Shown here piece by piece: positions 62,662 through 64,000 of a stretch of 64,000 nt of DNA; within the stretch, counting starts at the first letter, position 1; each line of letters begins with the position of its first letter. The translations under genes and the position numbers were made by a program. This stretch comes from Dimorphilus gyrociliatus (taxonomy: Eukaryota; Animalia; Annelida), in contig CAJFCJ010000012.1 of assembly GCA_904063045.1 (NCBI GenBank), forward strand, positions 2,428,810 through 2,492,809. Reading direction: 5' to 3'. The notes beneath the pieces are model-generated. The model saw only the letters and a list, made by a program, of their open reading frames with translations, searched no databases and was not told the origin of the DNA.

Positions 62662-64000
62662 TTTTTTCTTTTTTTTTCCAAATGTTCAAGCATACGATTC
62701 CCTTATTTCTTTTTCTCTATTACGATATGCTTGAGTATCTTCAGTTATTTTCTTTATCCCGAGTCGAGAGACCGTTATAGCTATTGTTCGACGGGGAGAA
62801 ATAAAAGAAGGCGGAAGGAAGGGGAGGGGAAGAAAGGATAAGGGAACAATGTTTACCTACAGATGGCGTAAAGACGCTTACCTAACTAGTAATCGGTTAA
62901 CGGCTATTTGATCAAAATATCAGTTTAAATATTAAGGGATCTAATACCCTATAAGTTGATAGGTTCATGAATATTAATGACATAAAGTGCTTTTGTAATC
63001 GGTGTAAGGCATCAATTAAGAAAACTTTTGATGTTATAATACGTATTTTACTAATATGACATCATCAGCGTTCAAGCGTTGAGAGTCATCTTTGTAAGAA
63101 TTCAACCAGTTGTTTGATGCTTTCAAAAACAGATTGCAAGAGTTTACGCCTATTAAATGGACAATTTTAACGGTTGGAATGAACGAAAGTCACGTGATAA
63201 GTGCACTCTCTTCTTTCGAAACAAAAAAAAGGCTGGAGGAGAAAATGCACTATATAAACAAGGACAAAAGCAAAAAAAACGCTAACGCGATTAGCAATCG
63301 AATTAGGGACAATAATTGGGTGAACTTTCCTGCCATGACGTCATCATTCTATACGTTGAACACTCCTTAAAAAATAGTACATGAAAAGAACAAGAGATGG
63401 GTAAATAACAGAGTTGAATTAAAATGTTCACCAACAAAATAATGGAATGCACCTGCCCATCCCCTATATGTGTATAGGGATATATACATATACATTTATA
63501 TATGTATATAGCTTTATATACCAGCCCATAGCGGAACGCAAACATTCTGGGTCATTCGTTCCGAGATCAAAGAGAAAATTCAACGACAATAGAGGCGAAA
63601 ATAGGACAAAAGCTGCACTTTATGTTCCTAGAAGGCGCATCTGTCAAATTTTAGCACGGAACCTTTTCGAACGCGCTTTGATCGTCGTTGTTTAAGCCGC
63701 ACCTGTTCAATTGGTTACCTATTCAATACCTTTATTTTTCTTTTAAACAAAACCCTTTACGCATCTTGACTCTTCTTCAGAGGATTAAGGAATAAGAAAG
63801 CGAAGAAGAAGGGGTAGAATAAGTGAGAGATATACCGTTACAGAATTACGTAATGCTAATAAGTTAAGTATTCCAATTAATTTAAATTAGCGCAATTCCT
63901 ATAAGATGCAATCTGCATCTATATATATACCGTATATACATATATAACAATTCTTTCATTATACTAATGCTCGGTAAAGATTATGAATATTCAATAGGTA

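Noticed and set aside
63110-63695. Cluster of 80-86-aa ORFs at the right end
   Set aside because: They have no domain motifs or splice-consistent partners, overlap on both strands and include simple repeats. They are treated as non-coding.

Overview
Eukaryotic, AT-rich, gene-dense animal DNA with short (mostly ~55-120 nt) spliceosomal introns. Innexin, Dispatched and NeuroD point to an invertebrate with a compact genome; a miniaturised spiralian such as an annelid would fit, but that is inference only. Left arm (1-16.1 kb): the 3' end of a coiled-coil gene, an ARM-repeat + 3xFN3 gene, POFUT2, a small GPI-anchored Ly6/three-finger gene that the ORF track misses, a secreted protein with an ITIH C-terminal-like domain, and an innexin. 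Centre (16.7-55.5 kb): a minus-strand tandem array of 10-exon genes for giant (~1,700-1,750 aa) cysteine-rich surface proteins, built as signal peptide, roughly 40 furin-like/VSP-like CxxC modules, a 12-Cys Ly6/uPAR domain and a GPI signal. There are four full-length copies (A-D; C carries one in-frame TAA in a skippable exon) and four broken remnants. The copies have copy-specific hypervariable repeat cores, all-phase-1 introns, homogenised introns and mosaic tracts. A Dispatched gene sits between copies A and B and appears to need a non-canonical GT-TG intron. Right arm: GDPGP1, then NeuroD with a ~3.8 kb upstream region rich in bZIP elements (CRE, D-box) and an RFX X-box. No rRNA, tRNA, CRISPR or recognisable transposon was seen. 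Gene models were built by eye from splice signals and reading-frame continuity; no database search was run.
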